Positions 16,361-24,101 of a stretch of DNA of 24,505 nt are shown here, in pieces (position 1 is the first letter of the stretch; each line of letters opens with the position of its first letter). The stretch comes from a virus (Duplodnaviria; Heunggongvirae; Uroviricota; Caudoviricetes): the IMG/VR virus record IMGVR_UViG_2548876862_000002, positions 1-24,505 of that record. The stretch is one strand, 5' to 3'. Both the position numbers and the translations under genes were made by a program. The notes under the pieces are model-generated. The model had not been told where the DNA came from and ran no database searches. It was given only the letters and a program-made list of their open reading frames with translations.

Positions 16361-18036
16361 TGTGATTGCCCACCCTGACCACTAACTGCATTCGCCATAG
16401 CTGACAAAACACTCGGATCCGAAGTTTTAGCTTCGCTTAGCGTCTTGGCACCCTGTGCCGCCGCCATCCCCATCGCCATCATTTGTTGCTGCTGTTGTTG
16501 CTGTGCCCGTTGCTGGCGAGCCTGCTCAACCTGTTCCTGCGGAACAATGACGGTTGGAGACACTCCAGACATATCAGCGAATGCATCGATCGCCTGATCA
16601 ACGTTGAGTTTGTCGAGAGCTTCTGGTTTCGCTTGCGCAAGTTGACCAATGAAGTTGACCGTAGACGCCAGACTGGACAGGCCGATAGACTTCTGCGCCT
16701 GAGCCATGACGGAAATGTATTCGACCTTCAGGGGCATACCTTCCATCGCGTCAGGCGGTGGCGGCAGCATGTTTTTACGCACCATCATCGAGAAAGCGCG
16801 GTCAATGAGAGGATTAAGACATTCGTCGTTCAGACGCTCCAGTACCGGCCCCAACATCAGAAGTTTTTCTTCTTTCATTTCGATCACCGCTTCAACAGGC
16901 ATCGAGCGGGTATTGATGTTCTGCAACATCATGAACAGATCGACAAAGTAGGCGCTGTTAATGATTTGACGAGTGTCCTGAATGTCTGCCACCAAATCTG
17001 CTGTACTGGGGTTAACCAGATAAGCAGGCCTGAAGCCATCCTGACCAGTAATCTGATCGATATACGTGATGTCGCCAGGAAGAAGGGAGGCGCGCTGATT
17101 CTTGAGGGAAGTCGGAGCAACCATCGGCGGATTGGTGGCTTTATCAATCAACTGCGACTTGCGCTTCTGGAGAAGCTGCAATGCCTTAACAGGTCCAAGC
17201 GCCAGCATACCCGGGCATGATGATCCATAAACATCTTCGCCGTTAACTTCCCAGCGCGGAGCCATAATTGGAAACTCATCGAATCCGGACTCACGCAACA
17301 ACTTGTCGTTATCGCCACCAACCTCGTAATAAACCGATTTGAATGGCTTGTTCTTGCTATCCAGCTTCGATGTATCGCGGTCAATGTTCGGGTAAACCGA
17401 ATGCATCACTTCAATCCACTTCTCGTAGGTGCCGCTTTCCCACATGCTTTTTACGGATTCGCTGACGTTATTTAGCCCGAACTCCTGAACAAGCTGACGA
17501 ACAGTCATAGAGAACTTGCGAAAACAAGTGTCCACACTGCCACGAGGTGAGTTAGCCAGGTAGTAACTGCCTATCGGGAATGGCATTGTGCGAATGATGT
17601 CCTCGTCATCCTCCAGCACTGCCATTGCACCAGTGCTGTATGTGCCGAGGCTTCCGTATAACTGCGGCAGCGACTGATAGAGATTCGACTTATTGAACAT
17701 ATCGTTCATGCGGTTCTGCACCGCCTCAAGCCACAACTTAACAGGGCCATAATCCATCATTTCAGGATCTGGCGTAGCCAGGCGAAACCACGGACGCGCG
17801 GGGCTTGTGATGCCTGACATCATGCCGCTGGCGAGAGTGCGCGCCGCCATAGTCCCGGTCGAATCAATAATGCGTGTATTGCGTCGGTCGTTACGGTTGA
17901 CCTCAGAAGTCAGAAAGCGGGAACCACGCAGGTTGATGTAATCACTCAACTCGCGCCAGTGCGGCTCGAACGATTGACGCTCGCTTTCAAGTTGTGCGAA
18001 CTGTTTGTTCAATCGCTCTTTAGTTGTTTCCGCCAT
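16357..18036 (-). CDS. Portal (head-to-tail connector) protein, 559 aa
   Basis: ATG at 18036 with SD GGAG. The C-terminal Q/A/M-rich tail (QQRAQQQQQQQMMAMGMAAAQGAK) and overall size resemble the T7 gp8 portal as recalled. First gene of the structural module. Confidence 0.7.
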   Translation of the reverse strand: MAETTKERLNKQFAQLESERQSFEPHWRELSDYINLRGSRFLTSEVNRNDRRNTRIIDSTGTMAARTLASGMMSGITSPARPWFRLATPDPEMMDYGPVKLWLEAVQNRMNDMFNKSNLYQSLPQLYGSLGTYSTGAMAVLEDDEDIIRTMPFPIGSYYLANSPRGSVDTCFRKFSMTVRQLVQEFGLNNVSESVKSMWESGTYEKWIEVMHSVYPNIDRDTSKLDSKNKPFKSVYYEVGGDNDKLLRESGFDEFPIMAPRWEVNGEDVYGSSCPGMLALGPVKALQLLQKRKSQLIDKATNPPMVAPTSLKNQRASLLPGDITYIDQITGQDGFRPAYLVNPSTADLVADIQDTRQIINSAYFVDLFMMLQNINTRSMPVEAVIEMKEEKLLMLGPVLERLNDECLNPLIDRAFSMMVRKNMLPPPPDAMEGMPLKVEYISVMAQAQKSIGLSSLASTVNFIGQLAQAKPEALDKLNVDQAIDAFADMSGVSPTVIVPQEQVEQARQQRAQQQQQQQMMAMGMAAAQGAKTLSEAKTSDPSVLSAMANAVSGQGGQSQ

Positions 18037-18050
18037 TTCAATGACTCCGG

Positions 18051-18257
18051 TTACTGACCAAGCAGCGTTTTACCGCTGGTATTAGCGGTTGATGTGTCGC
18101 CCTGAGAACCGGTAAGCAGCGTAGAACTACGACCAGCAGCAGCGCGACGGCGACGTGTTTCTTCGTCGCGGGCATCAACAACGGCGGCATCCTGCTCCTG
18201 TGGTGCTGCCTGAACTTCTGGTGTTGCAGGCACTGATGGTGAGCTACCCATGCACAT
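18051..18257 (-). CDS. Hypothetical small Ala/Pro/Arg-rich protein, 68 aa
   Basis: ATG at 18257 with SD GGAG. The translation initiation region is almost identical to that of the portal gene. Low-complexity composition, so coding status is uncertain. Confidence 0.35.
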   Translation of the reverse strand: MCMGSSPSVPATPEVQAAPQEQDAAVVDARDEETRRRRAAAGRSSTLLTGSQGDTSTANTSGKTLLGQ

Positions 18258-18325
18258 ATCAATGACTCCGTACGCAATTAAATTATTACCAATTTAACCA
18301 CATATGATTTATTTATCGTAGATAG

Positions 18326-18354
18326 TTGACATTTAACGCACAAATTATTACCTT
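18326..18354 (+). promoter_or_regulatory. Sigma70-type promoter candidate: perfect -35 TTGACA, 17-bp spacer, -10 TACCTT
   Basis: TTGACA at 18326-18331 and TACCTT at 18349-18354 in an AT-rich, ORF-free region. It points toward the leader and the tRNA. Confidence 0.4.
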
Positions 18355-18684
18355 TTAGGTAACTAAAAAGTTCATTCCGGTTACTAACCTGACTGGCTTG
18401 TCGTTAAATTGAACAGGTGGAGTGAGCTTTTATTTTGAGCAGTACGGCGTATGGCACATGCGCCGATAGCGGTCTGGATACGTTTAAGGGGCACCCTCCC
18501 TTGCTCGAGCAAACGAACCAGGTAGCCGGAATGTGCAAGTCGAGCGGTTTTATTCCGCGCACGGGGATTCACCATCCCGGCGATTCGGTGTGACACCTCG
18601 GAAGAGACGAGGGTGCAACGATGAGAGCATTTATGGAGCTGCGACAAAGTGTGGTGCCTTAACAGGCTAAGTGCTCTCAGCGTT

Positions 18685-18761
18685 GTGGCATTAGCTCAGT
18701 CGGACAGACCAACCGCCTTCTAAGCGGTTGGTCGCAGGTTCGAATCCTGCATGCCACGCCA
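18685..18761 (+). tRNA. tRNA-Arg (anticodon UCU), argU-like, prophage-encoded
   Basis: Cloverleaf by hand: acceptor GTGGCAT/ATGCCAC (7 bp), anticodon stem ACCGC/GCGGT with loop CTTCTAA, T-arm GCAGG-TTCGAAT-CCTGC, discriminator G and encoded CCA. The D-stem has one mismatch. Strong resemblance to E. coli argU from the D-loop onward. Confidence 0.8.
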
Positions 18762-18804
18762 GAATCACGCCTAAGAACCGTGATGCCAGAAGTTCCAGGT
18801 GCTT

Positions 18805-18847
18805 GGCGGTGATGGTTTCCCTTGAAGGACTATCACCGCCCTTTTTA
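18805..18847 (+). terminator. Intrinsic terminator candidate downstream of the tRNA
   Basis: GGCGGTGAT (18805-18813) pairs with ATCACCGCC (18832-18840), followed by CTTTTT. The loop is long (18 nt). Confidence 0.45.
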
Positions 18848-18924
18848 CAGCAGGACGCCATTGCGATGACTTCATGCTGTAAACCAGTACAGCCACGGAA
18901 GGCATAACTCATTGCTTCCAGTTC

Positions 18925-18948
18925 GCCCGGTTCGCCGGGCATTTTTTT
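18925..18948 (+). terminator. Intrinsic terminator: GCCCGG-ttcg-CCGGGC plus T7 tract
   Basis: GC-rich 6-bp stem with a TTCG tetraloop, followed by ATTTTTTT. Confidence 0.6.
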
Positions 18949-19056
18949 GGCGTGATACGTCACAATTATGATATCGATGCAGATTACGACATACATGAAA
19001 AACATGTCATAGTATCTCCTGAGGTTAATTTCGATTCAAAAAGAGGATGATTTATA

Positions 19057-19404
19057 ATGATTAAAATCAATAACGTACGTGGTGCTAGCGTTAGCGTCAA
19101 CGGAGAAGACTTCACTGGTCATCATATTACGATTAACAATGGAAAAGTGATCGTTGATGGTGTCGAAAAAAATAGCAATCTTGGCGGACAGATTAACGTA
19201 ACAATTAATGGAAGCGTGGAAGGCGTTGAGATTGAAAATGGATCAGTGACTGTAAGCGGTGATGCACATTATGTGAAAACTATGTCTGGTGATGTCCATT
19301 GTTCCAATGTATTGGGAAATGTTAACACTATGTCTGGTGATGTAATCTGCGAAACTGTTGGTGGAAACGCCAGCACAATGTCTGGAAATATTATCAAGAA
19401 ATAA
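19057..19404 (+). CDS. Beta-solenoid-type repeat protein (115 aa), bactofilin-like repeats; moron gene
   Basis: ATG at 19057 with SD AGAGGA at spacing 9, and its own terminator. Internal roughly 60-bp DNA repeats give the protein repeats NTMSGDV...; G-x-V/I-x-G periodicity throughout. No signal peptide. Family assignment is tentative. Confidence 0.6.
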   Translation: MIKINNVRGASVSVNGEDFTGHHITINNGKVIVDGVEKNSNLGGQINVTINGSVEGVEIENGSVTVSGDAHYVKTMSGDVHCSNVLGNVNTMSGDVICETVGGNASTMSGNIIKK

Positions 19405-19410
19405 TTATTT

Positions 19411-19448
19411 AAAAATAAAGCCCGCCAAATGCGCGGGCTTTGTTTTAT
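19411..19448. terminator. Bidirectional intrinsic terminator between the plus-strand moron and the 3' end of the terminase large subunit gene
   Basis: AAAGCCCGC-caaatgc-GCGGGCTTT hairpin with U-tracts on both strands (TTTGTTTTAT on plus; TTTATTTTTAAA on minus). Confidence 0.7.
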
Positions 19449-19489
19449 CCTCACCAGAGGATATCAACGACATTATCCCCACCAGCGGA

Positions 19490-20965
19490 TTAAGCATAGG
19501 GATCGTAATCTGTGATGGCCTTGCCTTGCTGGTTCTGCTGACCGGGAATTCGCAGACGTTTCGACACAGGGAACGCAAACGTCAGCAGTAGCGCATCGCC
19601 TTTACCAGGAGAACGCCCAAGCCGCTCTTTGATATCTTCCTTCGGTTCGATAACGATTTTACCGTCCACTCGAACTTTGTACTCTGCCGCCGACAGGTCG
19701 TCCGCTGTTTCCTGGTCATCCAGCATGCCGCCGAGCCTCAGCCATGTCTTGCATGAGTTGAACATCTCCCCACGCTTGTTAAGCATCTGCGGGTCAGTGG
19801 ACGCACCGCCGAACGGAACAAGTTGCCATGTACGTCCCCAGCCATCACCGATTGACTTCAAACCGGTTCCGTAACCGAAGTCGATGAACACCGCATCAGC
19901 CTGATACTGGTCTTCAAAGTCAGCGATACGCTTCGCCATAATCAGATCGTCAGTGGTCTTGTTGCCGGTCCACAGCACCTTACTATGCAGCCCCTGCCGC
20001 AGGTATATCACAGCGTCATCAACACCGGAGTATGCCGGGTCAACGCCGATTATCACCGGAGCATGTGCCACCTGCGCAGCGGTTATCACCCGTTTCATTG
20101 CCTCGTCAGTAAGTCCGGTAGGGATAAACTGCAATTCAGATGCATCAGGGAATATGCCGCGCACACGGATTTTAACGAAGTCACTGTCTTCCCCGTAGTC
20201 ATCAACCCATTTCTGCAACTGCTGTTTGTTGGTGCCTTCCACCGTCCGGCTGTCAATCTGCGCAGTTTTCCAGCGGTGTTTATACTTGCGGAAACATTCA
20301 CGGAATCGCCCGGTATTACGCGTCGGGTTTCCGAACGCCACCCAAATAATCTCAGTGTCTTCGTCCGTAAGCGCACCCTCGGCAACTTCCCACACCAGAT
20401 CCGCAATGTTCGACGCTTCATCGAATACCACGATGATGCGTTTGCGCTCGTTGTGTAGTCCTGCGAATGCCTCAGTGTTGTGCTCAGACCAGGGGATTGC
20501 GTCAGCTCGCCACCGCTTGTCGTGTCCAGGATCATTGCTGTACATCGCAGTAGCGGTACAGGTAAACCAGTCTTTCGTGATAGCAAGGTTCGACCACTTG
20601 ATAATTTCCGGCCAGGTCTTCGTTCGTAGCTGGTTGTCGGTGTTGGCGGTCACCACGACCTTACAATCCTCGCAAGTGGACATGCCCCAGTTGATCAGCA
20701 TTGAGATGAATGCGGATTTACCAATACCGTGACCAGAAGCGCGTGCCAGCATAAGCGGCTGATAGCGCGTCTCTGGATTCTGCAGGTGATCACGTATCTC
20801 TCGGAACGCATCAGCCTGCCACTGACGTGGGCCGGTAGCATGTGCCAGTTCAGTCCCCTCTTCCCCCCACGGGAACGCATAGAGGGCATAGCCAAGCGGA
20901 TCGTGAGTGAACCCTGCAATATCCTCGATCAACTGCTCTTCAGGAGATAACGCTGTATCTTTCAC
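19490..20965 (-). CDS. Terminase large subunit (ATPase/nuclease), 491 aa
   Basis: GTG start at 20965 overlapping the small-subunit stop (GTGA). Walker A-like GHGIGKS and Walker B-like IIVVFDEAS motifs. Position is immediately after the small subunit. Confidence 0.8.
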   Translation of the reverse strand: MKDTALSPEEQLIEDIAGFTHDPLGYALYAFPWGEEGTELAHATGPRQWQADAFREIRDHLQNPETRYQPLMLARASGHGIGKSAFISMLINWGMSTCEDCKVVVTANTDNQLRTKTWPEIIKWSNLAITKDWFTCTATAMYSNDPGHDKRWRADAIPWSEHNTEAFAGLHNERKRIIVVFDEASNIADLVWEVAEGALTDEDTEIIWVAFGNPTRNTGRFRECFRKYKHRWKTAQIDSRTVEGTNKQQLQKWVDDYGEDSDFVKIRVRGIFPDASELQFIPTGLTDEAMKRVITAAQVAHAPVIIGVDPAYSGVDDAVIYLRQGLHSKVLWTGNKTTDDLIMAKRIADFEDQYQADAVFIDFGYGTGLKSIGDGWGRTWQLVPFGGASTDPQMLNKRGEMFNSCKTWLRLGGMLDDQETADDLSAAEYKVRVDGKIVIEPKEDIKERLGRSPGKGDALLLTFAFPVSKRLRIPGQQNQQGKAITDYDPYA

Positions 20966-21558
20966 TGATTACCATCCTGACGTTCTTTGAGTCGCTTCCT
21001 GGCTGCTGCTATGCGATCAGCAATTGTCACATTCACATTAACATCCAGACGTTCTTTGAACGCGTTGACATCAACATGCTTACCAATCAGCTCAAGGTTC
21101 TTCACCTTGTCAGGCCATTTAATTTTTTTGAGGATTGTCTCTATCGAATCCTCGTTCATGTTCATGATGGTCGATGACAGATCAAAGCCACTAAGCGTAG
21201 TGCGCCAGATTTTCGGCCACTCACGGATTGGTTTAAGGCTCCCATCGTCGTTGAGGATGTCGATCACGTCCATCTGGTCGATCTCCACCAGGCGCATGAG
21301 AACGTAATCAGCACTGACGCGCATTCGTTTGTTGCGCTCCTCCATCAACTCGGCAATCCGTTTTTGAATGCGTTCATCGCGCATCATGACACTGGCTTTA
21401 ACTGCCGCTGTATTTGGGGAGAATCCTGCGTTAATCGCTGCCTGAGTCTGGTTTTCAGGCGTTTTGATGTATGACTGGCAATAAGCCTCCTGCATTGCTG
21501 TTAGTGGCTTAAATTGCGTTGATTTGCGTTTATAGGTTTTAGGTTCAGTAGGCATCAT
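20962..21558 (-). CDS. Terminase small subunit (about 198 aa)
   Basis: The track start at 21636 is TTG and would span the upstream terminator hairpin. The ATG at 21558 (MMPTEPKTYK...) has SD GGTGG. Basic N-terminus and position upstream of the large subunit. Confidence 0.6.
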   Translation of the reverse strand: MMPTEPKTYKRKSTQFKPLTAMQEAYCQSYIKTPENQTQAAINAGFSPNTAAVKASVMMRDERIQKRIAELMEERNKRMRVSADYVLMRLVEIDQMDVIDILNDDGSLKPIREWPKIWRTTLSGFDLSSTIMNMNEDSIETILKKIKWPDKVKNLELIGKHVDVNAFKERLDVNVNVTIADRIAAARKRLKERQDGNQ

Positions 21559-21565
21559 AACCACC

Positions 21566-21594
21566 GTGGTAATAGTTACCGTTGTGGTAATAGT
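21566..21594. repeat. Tandem direct repeats GTGGTAATAGT(T)ACC x2 immediately upstream of the terminase small subunit start
   Basis: Copies at 21566-21576 and 21584-21594, identical over 11 bp, 18 bp apart. Confidence 0.5.
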
Positions 21595-21600
21595 ACCATG

Positions 21601-21627
21601 CAAAATAAAGCCGCCATAGTTGGCGGC
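21601..21627 (-). terminator. Intrinsic terminator candidate on the minus strand upstream of the terminase genes
   Basis: On the minus strand: GCCGCC-aactat-GGCGGC followed by TTTATTTTG. Confidence 0.5.
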
Positions 21628-21676
21628 AGTATTCAAAACACATCAAATTCATCATGCATAATCTACTCGTGACATG

Positions 21677-22015
21677 TCACACTATTAATTTCGTTTCATG
21701 CCAGCCTTTAGTCACCCAGCATTGCGAGTCACCATTGCACGGGCATGAATTAACTGGAACTCTCTCGCCGCACTTACCGCAACGTTTTCTGCTGATCGAT
21801 TTTATACGCCCGCGCACGCGTGCATCATCCTGGCGGATCAGTGACGCTATATACTCACCAAATTCGTAAGGCGCACGCCCGGGGCGACGCGTGGCACAGT
21901 TACGCTCTAGCATTTCAATTTCCTGAGCATCAAGCACAATCTCCAGCTTACGCACACCAGATGCAGCTTGTCTGGCTCTCTGAGCGGCTTTGCGCTCTGC
22001 TGCTGATTTAGCCAT
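21677..22015 (-). CDS. Hypothetical Cys-rich (zinc-ribbon-like) protein, about 112 aa
   Basis: The track start at 22018 is TTG; the ATG is at 22015. C-terminal CGKCGE...CPCNGD motif. Basic N-terminus. Confidence 0.5.
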   Translation of the reverse strand: MAKSAAERKAAQRARQAASGVRKLEIVLDAQEIEMLERNCATRRPGRAPYEFGEYIASLIRQDDARVRGRIKSISRKRCGKCGERVPVNSCPCNGDSQCWVTKGWHETKLIV

Positions 22016-22289
22016 CAATATTTACCTTTATCGCGAACACCTTTACCGGTTTATCGCCGAAGTGCGGATGTGTGATTGTCTTGATTTCATATCCGTCATA
22101 CGGGACGTCAATTCTGCGACTGAAGTCGTCGCGCTTCGGATATCCCTTTGTGATAATCAGGCGGTCATACTTACGGTTAACGAAGCGCTTATTCCAGTAG
22201 TCATTACACAGGCGATATTCTTCTGTTTTCTCTCCACGAATCATGGCATCGAAGTATTCACCTTTGACGGCAAGTTGCAGGTTAGCCAT
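22008..22289 (-). CDS. Hypothetical protein (93 aa), possibly ASCH/DUF3850-like
   Basis: The ATG at 22289 has strong SD GGAGGTGA and overlaps the upstream stop (TAATG); the track version starts at 22310. Domain guess from the KGEYFDAMIRGEKTEEYR motif, low certainty. Confidence 0.5.
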   Translation of the reverse strand: MANLQLAVKGEYFDAMIRGEKTEEYRLCNDYWNKRFVNRKYDRLIITKGYPKRDDFSRRIDVPYDGYEIKTITHPHFGDKPVKVFAIKVNIDG

Positions 22290-22549
22290 TACCTCACCTC
22301 CAGTCTCCATACCGCCTGACCAATCCGGCTGGCATGGGTATCTTTGGATACTGTTCCGTCTTTAGCCAGCTCCATAAGAATTTTGCGCAAATCTGCCGAA
22401 CGCCATTCTTCATCAGGAAATTCCTTCTCCATTGCCAACCGCAGATTCCAGGTTGCCATCCTGAATGGATATTCCCCGCCGAGAGCTTTATCTTGCAGGG
22501 CAGCCCGGGAACGCATCACCTGCAAAACCTTCTCTTTTACATCCATCAT
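22289..22549 (-). CDS. Hypothetical protein, 86 aa
   Basis: The ATG at 22549 has SD AGGAGG at spacing 5 and overlaps the stop of the 329-aa gene (ATGA). The 134-aa track ORF is an upstream extension overlapping the previous gene. Confidence 0.5.
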   Translation of the reverse strand: MMDVKEKVLQVMRSRAALQDKALGGEYPFRMATWNLRLAMEKEFPDEEWRSADLRKILMELAKDGTVSKDTHASRIGQAVWRLEVR

Positions 22550-23535
22550 TTCGCCTCCTGCGGCGGTTCTGGTAGCGGCATCCAGAACAAGGCGTTCCCT
22601 AACCACGATAAAGTGCCGTCGCTCAACTCCACGTATTCCCCTTGTACCTGTCCTGCCATATACTCGCCGTGCTTTGAATAAATTAAAATCCAATCATCTT
22701 GAGCGGGCATTCGCTCACTACAGCTTATCCAACCATCCGGAGTTACCGGAAGCGAGAACGGCAGCACATCTCTGTGAACAAGTTTTTGCTGTGACAGGTT
22801 ATCCAGAACTTTCTGTACTGCTGCATCACCGAATACACCAAGCGCATCTGCCATAACTCCTACAACCTGATAAGCCTCAGCGCATACCGTGGATAAACCA
22901 TCCGGAGTTACCGGAGAGTTGCCATTTACCAAGTCAGCTCGAACATATAGCGTGTCATCATGGTGCTGATTGTGGCCGCACCACGTTAATTCGCTTAACT
23001 CGCCATCTTCTGGCCATACTCCAGCCGTTTGCAGCCAGATATGGGCTGGCGCATCCTGGCAAGGTGTATTAACTGGCAACTTGTAAGTTTGGCTTACAGG
23101 CTGGCTACCCTGAAGCATGGCGGCGCGGCAGGCGTTCCAGCCTCTAACCTCTGCAATAGCGGCAACAGCATCAACCGCGTACATGCTAAGAGGATTAGGC
23201 ATTGGTTTTTCTTCCGGTACTACTGGCACTGGAGGGGTGGCGTAGAGTGGAACTCCTCCCCCTCCACCAGAAAATTCATTGCGAGCGTTATACTCACGAC
23301 CATCTGCGTCATCACGCATCCACGCCGCCGGCTCTGCTTCCAGCGATGCCAGCACGATACGCGCCAGCTCACGCACAACTTCCGGCGGCGCGTAACGGTC
23401 ATTCAGGTCATCCCACAGACGTAGCATGTTATCGCTACCAGGGTGAACATCCTCGTTAGTTCCGGCAAGCGCACTAATAACCTCATCGGCTGCCTCAATA
23501 ATTTTCAGAGCTTGTTCTCTGGTAATAGTGGTCAT
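22546..23535 (-). CDS. DUF551-like domain protein, 329 aa, with Gly5 linker and C-terminal WMPLPEPP motif
   Basis: ATG at 23535 with SD GAGGA, overlapping the upstream stop (ATGA). The C-terminal ...LFWMPLPEPP is characteristic of phage DUF551 proteins (from memory). Confidence 0.6.
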   Translation of the reverse strand: MTTITREQALKIIEAADEVISALAGTNEDVHPGSDNMLRLWDDLNDRYAPPEVVRELARIVLASLEAEPAAWMRDDADGREYNARNEFSGGGGGVPLYATPPVPVVPEEKPMPNPLSMYAVDAVAAIAEVRGWNACRAAMLQGSQPVSQTYKLPVNTPCQDAPAHIWLQTAGVWPEDGELSELTWCGHNQHHDDTLYVRADLVNGNSPVTPDGLSTVCAEAYQVVGVMADALGVFGDAAVQKVLDNLSQQKLVHRDVLPFSLPVTPDGWISCSERMPAQDDWILIYSKHGEYMAGQVQGEYVELSDGTLSWLGNALFWMPLPEPPQEAK

Positions 23536-23741
23536 TTGTTAATCCTCAAAACTTTATGCCCGGGCGCAAAAGCACGCGTTTTGTCTTTGCTTATTCGCCA
23601 CCCATCTTTACGTGCCTCTTTTGCACAGCCAGCCCATGACGTACCGATATACTCACCAAAATCTGGCGACTGATATTTGCCATCCGTACACTGGCGGCAA
23701 TCACAATAGAGATGCATGGTGTAACTTGCGGCAATACTCAT
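23532..23741 (-). CDS. Hypothetical small Cys-containing protein, 69 aa
   Basis: ATG at 23741 with SD AGGAGG at spacing 5. Contains a CDCRQC...C pattern. Confidence 0.5.
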   Translation of the reverse strand: MSIAASYTMHLYCDCRQCTDGKYQSPDFGEYIGTSWAGCAKEARKDGWRISKDKTRAFAPGHKVLRINK

Positions 23742-24101
23742 TCAGCCTCCTTTGATGCCTGTGTTTACAACCAGGCAGGCTTCCTTGAGTAGCCAGTCAA
23801 TAGCGTCTTTCCATGCTCCGGTTTCAACTGGCGGATTCTCACGCCGTACCTGTTCATAAAAGCGCACAGCTTTAACCAGCCCTTCTGATGACACCGGGGC
23901 TGGCGGGGCCGTGAATAACGCCTGAATTTCATAGTTCGGTCTGTCGTTACAATCTTCTTTTGTCGGGGCATATTTCCAGTCACCAAACCACGACTTACCC
24001 TGAGAGTCCGTAACGCCTTTTTTCACGTAGCGATACCGCCATGCAACTGGTTTTGCCTGCCCTGCCGTTTCATGCCCTTCCTGATAATTAATCTCACTCA
24101 T
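23742..24101 (-). CDS. Hypothetical protein, 119 aa
   Basis: ATG at 24101 overlapping the stop of the upstream 58-aa ORF (ATGA). Confidence 0.5.
   Translation of the reverse strand: MSEINYQEGHETAGQAKPVAWRYRYVKKGVTDSQGKSWFGDWKYAPTKEDCNDRPNYEIQALFTAPPAPVSSEGLVKAVRFYEQVRRENPPVETGAWKDAIDWLLKEACLVVNTGIKGG

Noticed and set aside
16483-17220. 245-aa plus-strand ORF (and similar plus-strand ORFs at 12108-12812, 11418-11807, 4546-5061, 3267-3728)
   Set aside because: Shadow ORFs on the opposite strand of long, well-supported virion genes; His/Arg-rich or junk-like composition and no initiation signals.
18691-19005. 104-aa minus-strand ORF in the track
   Set aside because: It runs antisense straight through the tRNA-Arg gene and two terminator hairpins, with junk-like composition; almost certainly not a gene.
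18685-19450. tRNA as attachment site of a nested integrative element
   Set aside because: No integrase, recombinase or direct repeat of the tRNA 3' end is visible downstream; the region holds only terminators and one small moron gene.
20962-21636. Upstream-extended start of the terminase small subunit (224-aa track version)
   Set aside because: The first codon is TTG and the extension would translate through a terminator hairpin and the direct repeats; the ATG at 21558 with its SD is preferred.
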